From contig JBBISO010000002.1 of NCBI GenBank assembly GCA_037441325.1, forward strand, positions 267-31,142: a stretch of DNA of 30,876 bases. The letters run 5' to 3'. The position numbers were made by a program, and so were the translations under genes. How positions within the stretch are numbered: the stretch's first letter is position 1; every line of letters begins with the position of its first letter. The DNA comes from Acidobacteriota bacterium. Lineage in GTDB: Bacteria; Acidobacteriota; UBA6911. The notes under the pieces were generated by a model. The model was not told the DNA's origin. It saw only the letters and a list, made by a program, of their open reading frames with translations, and did not search any database. Below, piece after piece: positions 9,388-19,121 of this stretch.

Positions 9388-11052
9388 TGGCTATTGCCCC
9401 ATAGATCTTGAAAGAATTTCCCGCCTTGAACGATGCACAGCGGGAAGTGGTAGCTCATCTGGATGGCCCGATGCTTGTAATTGCCGGTCCCGGTTCGGGC
9501 AAAACGTTCAGTCTCGTGTTGCGCGCTGTTAACCTGTTCCTCCTGGGCCGCTGCAAGCCTGCAGAGCTCATCCTTTGCACCTTTACCGAAAAGGCGGCAT
9601 ACGAGCTCCGCGATCGCATCACCGCCATGGCCCGTATGGTGCACTATCGAGAAGACCTTTCAGATCTGCGAGTGGGAACAATGCATGGCATCTGCAATCG
9701 CATCATCGCTCAGCACCGGCATCGCACGGCGCTCGGCAGCGGTTATGAAACGTTGGATGATCTCGGCCAGCTGCTTTTTATCTTTGATCATTTCGATGAG
9801 GTTTGCGGTCAGGATTCCGGGTTGCCCTACCTGGGCAGATGGCAAACCAAGTGGGGCGCAATTGAGGGATTGCGCGACTACTTCAACAAGATCACGGAAG
9901 AATTGGTTGATCCCGAGAGACTCGCGAACGACACTGATCCCTTCCTGCAGCAACTGGGACCCGCTTACATCAACTACCGCAATACGTTACTCCGAAACAA
10001 TCGCGTAGACTTCGCCCATCAGCAAAGCATCGTCCACGACCTTCTGCTCGACACGCATTTCCTGAGCACAATCGCTAACAACCGGATTCGACAGGATGCG
10101 CTTGCACTACGTCGCCTTTTCGCGCGCAGCAAAAATCCTCGCCCTTACCAGCGACGACAACCCCCGCGACCATTTCGCCCGCATCTGGCAAGGACTTCCC
10201 CAATGGCCCTATGTCCAGAAGGATTTGCTTGCTGCGCAGAAATTCGAGATCAAGGAGCGGATTCCCATCAAGCGGCGCTATAGCTTCACCGGTGATCTCA
10301 AGCTGTACGAGACCTGCCCGCGTCAATATGAGTTCTTCCGCGAATACGACTTCACGCCCTCCCGGTCGGCGGTCATCTTTTTCGGTTTGCTTGTTCACCA
10401 GACGATCGAGGAAATCCACCGGCATGTTATGGATGGCAAGCTCGAATCACTCGATGAAGCCGGTATTCGCGAGCTTTTTAACCGCACGTTCCATTTTCTA
10501 TCTTTGGCAGACGTCCGGCCTATCGGCCCGGCCGCCAGGGAATCAGCCTTTAAACAGGTAATGAATTATTTCAGCCAAAACCGGGCCGAGATGCAGCGTG
10601 TCATCCAGACTGAGGTGGATGTGTCGCTTGAAAAGGGTAGCTATATCCTTCATGGCAAGGTAGATCTGCTCATGGGCAGGGACGGCAAGCTGGAGATTCT
10701 CGATTTTAAGACCTCTGAGAAACCCTCAGCTTCACCTGAATTGCTTGCAGCTTACGAAGGGCAGCTTTGCACATGCGCCCACATCCTCGAAAATCGCTAT
10801 GGGAAGCGGCCTGAACGCTTATTGCTATACTGGACGGCCTAGCCTCGCAAGGAGGACGCCCTCATGGAATTCCCATACCGGCCGGAACTCGTAAAACAAG
10901 CCGGGGATAAATTCGATGCCGTCGTGGCAAAGATCCAAGCACGGGATTTTGCTATAGTGAAAAAGCCGGAGCGGAAAATCTGCAAGGAATGCGATTTGAG
11001 GAGCTTATGCCACATGGAAGGAATCGTTCCATCAGCGGAGATTTCCGCGTGA
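9387..11052 (+). pseudogene. UvrD/PcrA-like SF1 helicase with C-terminal PD-(D/E)XK (Cas4/RecB-like) nuclease; internally deleted, frameshifted, two in-frame TAG
   Basis: ATG 9387 overlaps the radC stop; TAG at 9402. LNDAQRE, Walker A AGPGSGKT, TFTEKAA and GTMHG are present. Motifs II (DEYQD) to V are absent after about 10050. Motif VI RLHYVAFSRA resumes in another frame, followed by CPRQY, GKVDLL, LDFKT, TAG at 10840, then C-terminal CKECDLRSLC. Confidence 0.88.
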
Positions 11053-11157
11053 TTTTCGGGGAGCAGCGAATCGCCGTCGCAATTGGATTGACGCAACCCG
11101 CGTGCGCGTGTGCGCTGCATCAAGGCAGGAAAAGGATGTAGCTTTGCAAACGGCATA

Positions 11158-11180
11158 CTCGGAAGCGCTATGCTTCCGAG
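11158..11180. repeat. Intergenic hairpin (9-bp perfect stem)
   Basis: CTCGGAAGC-GCTAT-GCTTCCGAG; no clear U-tract, role unknown. Confidence 0.5.
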
Positions 11181-11226
11181 CTCTTTCCGGGTGCACTGCC
11201 GAGCCGGAAACGGGAGTGACTGGACC

Positions 11227-11529
11227 ATGCCGAAAAAGGAAGATCTTATTATCACGGACTAGCTGGAAAACCTGATCTACGAGGTGCGCGGGCAAAAGAT
11301 CATGCTCGATGCCGATCCGGCTGCCGTCTATGGCGTAACGACCAAACGGCTAAATGAAGCGGTAAAACGCAACTCGCAACGCTTTCCGGCAGACTTTGTG
11401 TTTCGGCTTACCCCACGGGAATTTGCGGCTTTGAGGTCGCAATTTGCGACCTCAAACCGGCCGCAGATTGTGGCCGGTCCGGAAAGAAGCAAGGGCAATT
11501 ATCGCGTTCGCAGGTACGCAAGAGGGTGA
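11227..11529 (+). pseudogene. ORF6N-domain DNA-binding protein with in-frame TAG and probable internal deletion
   Basis: ATG 11227 gives MPKKEDLIITD*LENLIYEVRGQKIMLDAD...YGVTTKRLNEAVKRN..RFPADF.FRLT..E...LRSQFATS, the ORF6N signature. The usual PYAFTEHG segment that follows is missing. Confidence 0.82.
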
Positions 11530-11532
11530 ATC

Positions 11533-12687
11533 ATGGCAAAGATTGAGATTACCAAGACCGAGCTGATTTGGCCGGGCAAATATAACGAGGATGGATCGCG
11601 CAAAGAAGTGCCCCGCGTCAAGCTGCCCTTCCAAGTCATCGAAACCATCAACGAAAGCCGTGCAACCCGCGAAGCAAAAAAATCGGCTCAACCAACCCTG
11701 TTCGACGTCTGGGAAGGCAAGGAAGGCGACACCTTCGAGGAGGGCTGGAAAAACAAGCTCATCTGGGGCGACAACCTGCTGGTCATGTGCTCGCTGCTGG
11801 AAAAGTTCGCCGGCAAAATTGACCTCATATACATCGACCCGCCGTTTGCAACAGGAGCAGACTTTTTGTTTACCGCGGAGATCGGAGAACAAGAAATAGA
11901 AGCGGCCAAGGAACAGTCAATAATCGAGGAAAAGGTTTACCGCGACACTTGGGGCCAGGGTTTGGTGTCTTATTTAGCTATGATGTGCGATCGTCTTGTC
12001 CTAATCCGCGATCTGTTGGCCGAAACCGGCTGTGCATACATTCACGTGGATAATAGGATGGTGCATCCGCTGAAGTTCGTGATGGACGAGGTGTTTGGCA
12101 ACGAATCATTTCTAAACCATGTGATCTGGAGCTATCGTCGCTGGCCTTCGGTAGCCAGCAACTATCAGACGATGCATGATGACATCCTTTTTTACGTTAA
12201 GAATCCGAAGTCGAAGCGAGTATTCAATATCGACTATGAGCCTCCGTCTGAGAGTTACATCAAGCGGTTCAAAGGCAAGACGCAGGTTCTGGACCCAGAT
12301 ACAAAAACGCGCAAACTTGTGGTTGAGGAACCAACCAAGGGTCTTCCGATTCGCGATGTGTGGGACATCTCCATCGTGGCCGGTTTTAAGTCCGAGCGCA
12401 CTGGGTTTCCCACCCAAAAGCCCGAGGCCTTACTAGAGAGGGTCGTTAAAACATCCTCGAATGATGGGGACTTGGTTGCTGATTTTTTCTGTGGCTCTGG
12501 CACTAGCCTAGCGGTAGCAGAGAGGCTTGGTCGCCGATGGATAGGCTGCGATCTGTCGCGGTGGGCGATTCACGTCACCCGCAAGCGCCTACTGGAAATC
12601 GAACGCTGTAAGCCGTTCGAAGTGCTTAATCTCGGCAAATATGAGCGTAAGTACTGGCAAGGGATTACGTTCAGCGGCAAGGAGTGA
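11533..12687 (+). CDS. mod: Type III R-M Mod-like N6-adenine DNA methyltransferase; catalytic domain apparently intact, C-terminus truncated
   Basis: NKLIWGDNL, motif IV YIDPPF before motif I DFFCGSGT (beta class), FPTQKPEALLERVV, RRWIGCD. Confidence 0.88.
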   Translation: MAKIEITKTELIWPGKYNEDGSRKEVPRVKLPFQVIETINESRATREAKKSAQPTLFDVWEGKEGDTFEEGWKNKLIWGDNLLVMCSLLEKFAGKIDLIYIDPPFATGADFLFTAEIGEQEIEAAKEQSIIEEKVYRDTWGQGLVSYLAMMCDRLVLIRDLLAETGCAYIHVDNRMVHPLKFVMDEVFGNESFLNHVIWSYRRWPSVASNYQTMHDDILFYVKNPKSKRVFNIDYEPPSESYIKRFKGKTQVLDPDTKTRKLVVEEPTKGLPIRDVWDISIVAGFKSERTGFPTQKPEALLERVVKTSSNDGDLVADFFCGSGTSLAVAERLGRRWIGCDLSRWAIHVTRKRLLEIERCKPFEVLNLGKYERKYWQGITFSGKE

Positions 12688-13106
12688 AACTACTGCTGTT
12701 GAATATCCCGCGGGAAGTAATGGAACAGCAGGCCGTGGACAAGGGCGATATCAAGTTTTTTGAGGTGGCCCACCTGGAAGTGAAAATTAACAAGGAGAAA
12801 GGGCGCAAGGTCGCGGTGGAATTGAAGGATTTCGCTTTTCCGTATGCCGACCTGATTCCCGAGGAAGTACGCAGCAAAATCAAAAAGTGGTCCGACTACA
12901 TCGATTACCGGGCGGTGGATTGGGATTTTCAAAACGACACGTTCATGAACGGCTGGGTCGCTTACCGGACACGCAAGGAGCGCAAACTGGCATTGGAGTC
13001 CGACCAATACGTTTACCAAAAACCAGGCACATACACGATTATGGTCAAGGTGATTGACATTTTCGGCAACGATACCTCGCAGGCATTCGAAGTGGCAATG
13101 GGATGA
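12684..13106 (+). pseudogene. Detached C-terminal segment of the Mod protein
   Basis: (G)VKLLLLNIPREVMEQ...WSDYIDY.AVDWDF...YTIMVKVIDIFGNDT is a typical Mod C-terminus. It is joined out of frame to GITFSG at about 12680, consistent with an internal deletion. Confidence 0.75.
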
Positions 13107-13125
13107 TTTCGGCTTGGAGACAGGA

Positions 13126-13270
13126 ATGACGATCAGGATCGATCACCATACGTTGGAGCGCGCCGCCGAGCGGGGAACTGATCCCGGGGAAATCAGGGAT
13201 GTAATTGAGACCGGTATCCCGATCCCCGCGCGGGGAAACAGATTGGGCAAGGTCAAGGTTTATGCATTTG
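13126..13270 (+). pseudogene. DUF4258-like small protein, 5' remnant
   Basis: MTIRIDHHTLERAAERG...EIRDVIETG: the H...R..ER pattern of DUF4258/BrnT-like proteins. Breaks off at about 13270 into Res sequence. Confidence 0.6.
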
Positions 13271-14641
13271 GCCGAGAAGGAAGCGCTGGTTATTCACACC
13301 GACAAGGAAGGCGATGTGACCAAGGCGGATTTGGAGGAAGCACGCAAGGTTGCGCGCGACATTGACCTGCCGGCAAGCAAGGTAAATGCGATAGTGAGCG
13401 TCCTGATGCTGCGTGAGGGCTGGGACGTACGCAATGTCACCGTCGTGCTGGGTTTGCGTCCCTTCACCTCAAAGGCTCGAATTCTCCCGGAGCAAGGCGT
13501 CGGACGAGGCCTGCGCCTGATGCAGAGCATCAGCCCCGACCGGACTCAGACGCTTGAGGTTATGGGCACGCAGGCATTTGAGGATTTTGTGCGACAACTT
13601 GAAACTGAAGGCGTCGGCATCAAAACAACGAATATACCGCCCGCGCCTCCGGTGAAAATCGAGCCGGTGGCTGAGAACGCCAAATATGATATTGCCATCC
13701 CGATTACCAGGCCCGTCTATACCCATAATTACAGGAAGCTGTCGGAAATCCGTCCAGCTGACCTTGACGCAGTCTATGACCAGGCCGAGCTGGAAGAGAC
13801 TTATCGGATACGATTAAAAATGGATTTTGCCACTACTGATACAGAAGTTCACCGAGTGGATATTGAGGCCGGTCCTGCGCCGCTAACGCAGGACATGCTC
13901 GCTTCTATTACAAAGAAGACAATCGCGGCGGCAAATCTTCCCGGAGGATTTGCGGAACTGTTTCCCATTGTGCGCGAATACGTGGCCAAACGGTGCTTTG
14001 GCAGGAGAATCGATCTTGAGGACAAAAAGATTCGCGATTACTTGCGCGCTGTGCTGGTTCAAGAGGGCATCGCCAAATATCTGGCGCGCAAGATTGGCGA
14101 GCTTACCACGGAGAAGCGCGCCATCGAGTTTGAACGAAAGGATTACAGACTTTCACAAATAAAACCATTCACCTGGCGGCGCAATCTCCCGCTGCTGTCT
14201 TGCAGGAAGACGATTTTCAACCGTGTGGCCACGTTCAACGATTTCGAGAAAGAATTTGCCAAATTTCTGGAGCGGTGTCCCGATGTCCTGCGCTTCGCCT
14301 CCCTGGGCACAACCGAGCAGGAAAGCGGAGCGCAGTTCCGTGTGGATTACCTCAAGCCGAGCGGCGCCATTGGCTTCTACCACCCAGACTGGGTGGTTGC
14401 ACAAGAGACCGATGAGGGAGAGGCAAACTGGATCATTGAGACAAAGGGCCGGATTTGGGAAAGCACTGCTGCCAAGGACGCCGCCATTGAAGATTGGTGC
14501 AGGAAAGTTTCGGCTCAAACGAAGGTCGCTTGGCGATATAAAAGAATCAACCAGACGGTCTTTGAACGCGGTTCATTCGCAAGCTTCGGCAAGCTTCTTC
14601 AGGCACCGGAGTCGACACTCTATGGAAGATCCGGAGTATGA
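13262..14641 (+). pseudogene. res: Type III restriction endonuclease Res subunit, C-terminal half only
   Basis: LVIHTDK, VSVLMLREGWDVRNV (SF2 motif V), EQGVGRGLR (motif VI), C-terminal nuclease YHPDWVV...IIETKG. The N-terminal Walker A and DEAH motifs are absent. Confidence 0.85.
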
Positions 14642-14764
14642 AAATTCACAGGAAGCAGGATCGCTTGGAATGGATTTCATCCGCGTCCTTGGCCTGTTTT
14701 CTTAGTAAAAAACATAGCTATCACTAATTGATATAATGGCTTATCGTGGTCCGGCCCCTATTTA

Positions 14765-15035
14765 GTTTCTGTCGCCAAACTCTTGTTCCTACGCTCAGCT
14801 CCGAAGGAGCGAACAGAGGATAGCCCCGGGTGAGCAAAGCGAACCCGGGGCAGGATGTTTGATAATGTAAGAGCCCCGCAAGGGGCGCAAGATTTGGTAC
14901 GACAATGGCTTCTATCGCCCCTTCAGGGCTCCTTCCTTACAAATTCCTACCAGGGGTTCGCTGCGCTCACCCCCTGGCTATTCTCTGATCGCCCCTTGCG
15001 GGGCCTGGTCAAAAAACCGGTTTTGCGACAGAAAC
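14765..15035. mobile_element. 271-bp MITE: 16-bp TIRs, 6-bp TATTTA direct repeat, REP-like palindromic interior
   Basis: GTTTCTGTCGCCAAAC (14765-14780) versus the reverse complement of GTTTTGCGACAGAAAC (15020-15035): 15/16 match. TATTTA at 14759-14764 and 15036-15041. Internal GCCCC-GCAA-GGGGC and GGGTGAGC..AGCGAACCC modules are mirrored. Confidence 0.85.
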
Positions 15036-15038
15036 TAT

Positions 15039-17216
15039 TTACTCTTTCTCCGCTTTATACACCTTGCACAACAGCGCCGTATGCGGCCAGCCACCCACCT
15101 CAGGGTTGCAGTATTCGGGATCGATGGGGCAGAGCACATTGGAATTAGATTCCCAAATTCCGTGAAGCGACGGCTCTGCCGCGGGCCTGCCGGGAAACCA
15201 CCAGCCGTGTTGCGCTCTCAGCATCGCCGGATGGACTTCTTCCGTAAGACGCGCTCTCTGCTTTATTTTTCCCCGCCGTGTTTCGATCCAGATCCAGTCG
15301 CGGTCGGAAATGCTCAATTCCGCCGCTGTTTTTGGATGTATATCCGCGACCGGATCCGGCTGTTCCCGGATTGCTGATTGAATCTGGCGCAGCTCCGAAT
15401 GATAAAAGGGCATGAATTTGCCCGTCGCCATCAGGATGAGCGGATATTGCTCTGCAAGTTGGGGATTGCTCGCGGGGCTCTCCACCGGCTCGCGGTATAC
15501 CGGCAGAGGTTCCAGTCCGAACCGGGCGAAAATGCTCGCATGGATTTCCACCTTGCCCGAAGGGGTGCCGAAACCCTGGTTTTCATACTTCCTATATTTT
15601 ATTTCGGGCTTTAGTCCCCCCCGTTTCAGTGCTTGAGCGAAGGTGATGCCCAGCGGGGAAAGCCTGTAGTCGCAAACCTCCTCCACTGTTTTCCAGGGCC
15701 AGTATTCTTCCTGACCCAGCCTGGTCCCGAGTTCCCTCCAGAATTGGTAGTCATCCCGCCTTTCATAAAGCGGTTCCATGGCTTTTGGATAGGAAGGGAA
15801 ATCGTGCCGTTCAAGGGTGCATGCCGCAGGCAGCAGATAGTCGGCGAGCTCGGCGGTAGGCGTCGGGTAGTAATCCATGGCAACGGAAAGATCCAGGTTT
15901 GCGCTGCTAAGGGCTGTATATACGGTCCTGGTATCCGCCGCCTGGACCAATGTATTGTTGGACTGGCTGATGAACGCTTTGACCGGATAGGGTTTTCCGG
16001 TAATGATTGCCTGCCAGGTGTGCCGGGGGTGAGCGCAGCATGTCATTTCCGCAGTCGGCGGCCGAAAATAGGCCCCCGGTTTGTCGGAAGCTTCCCTGAT
16101 CATGTCCCATCCCGGAAAGCCGAAAAGCCCATACTCGCCCGAACCCAATTGTTTCTTTTTCTGTTGCGGAGAAATAGCATCATCAAGCTCCATTTGTTGA
16201 TTGGAAATTACGATGGCCTCATCGCCGGCCACGCCGAGGAGCTCCCCTCCGGGGACATCGAGATTACCCGTGATGGCGCGCAATATGCAGCGGGCGCGGA
16301 CGGCTTGCATGGCATTGACGCCCTGCAGGTCGATACCCAAGCCCCAGGTGATCGCTGAAGGTCTAGTCCGGGCATACATACCGGCCGCGGCAATAAGCTT
16401 GTCTTCCGGGACCCAGGATATGCGGGCAAGCTCTGCCAGAGAATACCGCTCCAGATGTTTTCTCAGTTGATCAAAACCTACGGTCCATTTTTCAACAAAC
16501 TCCCTGTCATACAAATTTTCTCCGATAATGATCTTGAGCCAGCCGAGCATGACGGCCACGTCCGTGCCCGGTCTTACCTGCAGCCAGAGATCCGCTAATT
16601 CTGCTTCCTTAGTGCGGCGCGGATCGACAACGATTATTGCGGCGCCCCGGGATTTGGCGGCGAGCAGCACGCGCCAATCGGGTATGAGGCGGGACTGGGA
16701 CGGCTGGAAGCCCCAAACCACAATACAGCGCGCGTTTCCGATATCCTGCCGGGCGAACGAGCCGTAGGTGCTCCACTCCACCGTGTGGGAGGGACACATG
16801 CAGATGTTGTTGGCTCCGATCATATTCGGACTTCCGAATAGGTTAAGAAACCGTTTCATTGCCCATCCGTAGGTTCGGTAGGTTCCGCGGGAAAAAGCGA
16901 GCGTCTCAGCCCCATGCCGGTCCCGCAAGCCTCCCAGTTTTTCTGCGATCTCATCCATTGCCTGTTCCCAGGTGATCTGCTTCCACTTCCCTTCTCCCCT
17001 TCGGCCGGCTCTTTTCAGCGGATAGTTCAAACGGTCAGGATTGTATAAATGTTCAAGGATGAGCTGGCCCCTCCTGCAGAGCGCCCCGCGGTTAAGCGGA
17101 TTCTCCGGGTCGCCCCGAACCCCGAGGGCGCGTCCGTTTTCAAACTGCACCAGCATGCCGCAGCGGATGTGACAGGGGCCGCACCAGCCTTTTCTGATTT
17201 CGATGTTGCTGCTCAT
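15039..17216 (-). CDS. Mo/W-bisPGD oxidoreductase (DMSO reductase superfamily), acetylene-hydratase-like clade
   Basis: [4Fe-4S] motif C12-x2-C15-x3-C19...GALC; DRLNYPLKR, GSPN...ICMC, VDPRRT, LADYLLPAACTLE, C-terminal molydop_binding domain (HPKTAAELSI, HGWW). No Tat signal. Confidence 0.92.
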   Translation of the reverse strand: MSSNIEIRKGWCGPCHIRCGMLVQFENGRALGVRGDPENPLNRGALCRRGQLILEHLYNPDRLNYPLKRAGRRGEGKWKQITWEQAMDEIAEKLGGLRDRHGAETLAFSRGTYRTYGWAMKRFLNLFGSPNMIGANNICMCPSHTVEWSTYGSFARQDIGNARCIVVWGFQPSQSRLIPDWRVLLAAKSRGAAIIVVDPRRTKEAELADLWLQVRPGTDVAVMLGWLKIIIGENLYDREFVEKWTVGFDQLRKHLERYSLAELARISWVPEDKLIAAAGMYARTRPSAITWGLGIDLQGVNAMQAVRARCILRAITGNLDVPGGELLGVAGDEAIVISNQQMELDDAISPQQKKKQLGSGEYGLFGFPGWDMIREASDKPGAYFRPPTAEMTCCAHPRHTWQAIITGKPYPVKAFISQSNNTLVQAADTRTVYTALSSANLDLSVAMDYYPTPTAELADYLLPAACTLERHDFPSYPKAMEPLYERRDDYQFWRELGTRLGQEEYWPWKTVEEVCDYRLSPLGITFAQALKRGGLKPEIKYRKYENQGFGTPSGKVEIHASIFARFGLEPLPVYREPVESPASNPQLAEQYPLILMATGKFMPFYHSELRQIQSAIREQPDPVADIHPKTAAELSISDRDWIWIETRRGKIKQRARLTEEVHPAMLRAQHGWWFPGRPAAEPSLHGIWESNSNVLCPIDPEYCNPEVGGWPHTALLCKVYKAEKE

Positions 17217-17396
17217 AACCGCCTCCTAAGCGTATGTATTAAGCGGAATGGCCTATGACCCTTGAATGCTTCATGGACGCACCTTTGTGGCGATGCAATC
17301 GACAGGGGGATGTCATTTGCCTATAATAGCCTTTGCGTCGGGCAACGTGCCTCTGTGTTAGGTAAATCTTACGCAAACAACCAGTGAGAGAGAAAA

Positions 17397-19010
17397 ATGC
17401 CGGAATTCAAATACCAGGATCCATTCCCTCTGTTTAAGGATGATACACCTTATCGCTTGCTGACCAAGGACTATGTCAGTACGACCAAACTCGACGGCCT
17501 GGAGATCATCAAAATCGCGCCTGAGGGTCTCGCTTTTCTAGCGCATGCGGCCATGCGGGACGTCTCCTTCCTGCTGCGGCCCAAGCATAACGAGCAGGTG
17601 GCGGCGATTCTGCGTGATCCCAAGGCCTCCAACAATGACCGGGGCGTCGCCATTGCGATGTTGCGCAACGCCGAGGTTTCCGCCAAATTTGAGCTGCCCT
17701 TCTGCCAGGACACGGGCACGGCCATCATCATCGGCAAGAAAGGCCAGAATGTCTGGACCGGCGGTAAGGATGAAGAATTCCTATCCAAAGGGGTCTTTAA
17801 AACCTATACCGAAGAGAACCTGCGATATTCCCAGACGGTTGCGCTGGATATGTATGCGGAAATCAACTCCGGCTGCAATCTCCCGGCCCAGATCGATCTA
17901 TATGCGGTCGAAGGAAACGAATACCAATTTTTGTTTATCGCTAAGGGCGGCGGCAGCGCCAACAAAACAATCTTGTTCCAGGAAACCAAAGCTCTTCTCA
18001 ATCCAGAGAACCTCGAAAAGTTCCTTGTGGCCAAGATGAAGACTTTGGGCACCGCGGCCTGCCCCCCTTATCATCTCGCTTTTGTCATCGGCGGCACAAG
18101 CGCCGAAAGCACGCTCAAAACCGTAAAGCTTGCCACCGCCGGTTATCTGGATCATTTGCCGGCGGCCGGCAACGAGGGCGGACAGGCTTTCCGCGATCTG
18201 GAAATGGAAGCCAGACTTTTGGAAGCGGCCATGGAGTGCGGCATCGGCGCACAGTTCGGCGGCAGATATTTTGCGCATGATGTGCGCGTGATCCGTTTGC
18301 CCCGGCATGGCGCTTCCTGCCCCATCGGTATGGGTGTTTCCTGTTCAGCGGACCGAAACATCAAAGCAAAAATCAACAAAGAGGGCATCTGGCTTGAGCA
18401 GCTGGATGATAATCCCGGCCGCCTGATCCCCGATAAGTATCGCGGCAAGCACGAGCATGGAGTTGTCAGGATCAACCTCAACCGGCCCATGAAGCAGATA
18501 CTGGCTGAATTGAGCAAGTACCCGGTCGCTACGCACATGTCTTTGACCGGCACCATCATTGTCGGCCGCGACATGGCCCACGCCAAGTTCAAGGAACTCC
18601 TCGATGCGGGGAAGCCTTTGCCCGACTATCTTAAGAACCATCCGATCTATTACGCGGGACCGGCTAAAACTCCGCCCGGGAAACCTTCGGGCTCCTTTGG
18701 GCCGACGACCGCAGGCCGCATGGATTCATACGTTGACCTGCTGCAGCAAAACGGGGGATCCATGATCATGATCGCCAAGGGTAATCGCTCTAAACAGGTA
18801 ACCGATGCCTGCAAGAAATATGGCGGCTTTTACCTTGGCTCCATCGGCGGGCCGGCGGCCGTGCTGGCGCAAGAGAACATCAAAAAGGTTGAATGCATCG
18901 ATTTTCCTGAATTAGGCATGGAGGCAGTCTGGAGGATCGAAGTCGAAGATTTCCCCGCATTCATTCTCGTGGATGACAAAGGGAACGATTTCTATAGCGG
19001 CCTGATGTAG
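17397..19010 (+). CDS. fumA: Class I (Fe-S) fumarate hydratase, fused alpha/beta form
   Basis: [53 protein letters not shown]. fumA versus fumB cannot be distinguished from sequence alone. Confidence 0.95.
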   Translation: MPEFKYQDPFPLFKDDTPYRLLTKDYVSTTKLDGLEIIKIAPEGLAFLAHAAMRDVSFLLRPKHNEQVAAILRDPKASNNDRGVAIAMLRNAEVSAKFELPFCQDTGTAIIIGKKGQNVWTGGKDEEFLSKGVFKTYTEENLRYSQTVALDMYAEINSGCNLPAQIDLYAVEGNEYQFLFIAKGGGSANKTILFQETKALLNPENLEKFLVAKMKTLGTAACPPYHLAFVIGGTSAESTLKTVKLATAGYLDHLPAAGNEGGQAFRDLEMEARLLEAAMECGIGAQFGGRYFAHDVRVIRLPRHGASCPIGMGVSCSADRNIKAKINKEGIWLEQLDDNPGRLIPDKYRGKHEHGVVRINLNRPMKQILAELSKYPVATHMSLTGTIIVGRDMAHAKFKELLDAGKPLPDYLKNHPIYYAGPAKTPPGKPSGSFGPTTAGRMDSYVDLLQQNGGSMIMIAKGNRSKQVTDACKKYGGFYLGSIGGPAAVLAQENIKKVECIDFPELGMEAVWRIEVEDFPAFILVDDKGNDFYSGLM

Positions 19011-19121
19011 ATCTTGTTCGAAATTGGGCAGCCTGGCGGAGCGTAAACGCGCATGTGTGCGGTATGAATAGGTCCGGCGGCATCGCCTGCTGAATGGGAG
19101 GGTTTTCCAGGAGAATTCAAA

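Noticed and set aside
10096-11052. Cas4-like nuclease suggesting a CRISPR locus
   Set aside because: It is the C-terminal PD-(D/E)XK domain of a UvrD-like helicase. No cas genes or regularly spaced direct-repeat array were seen in the window.
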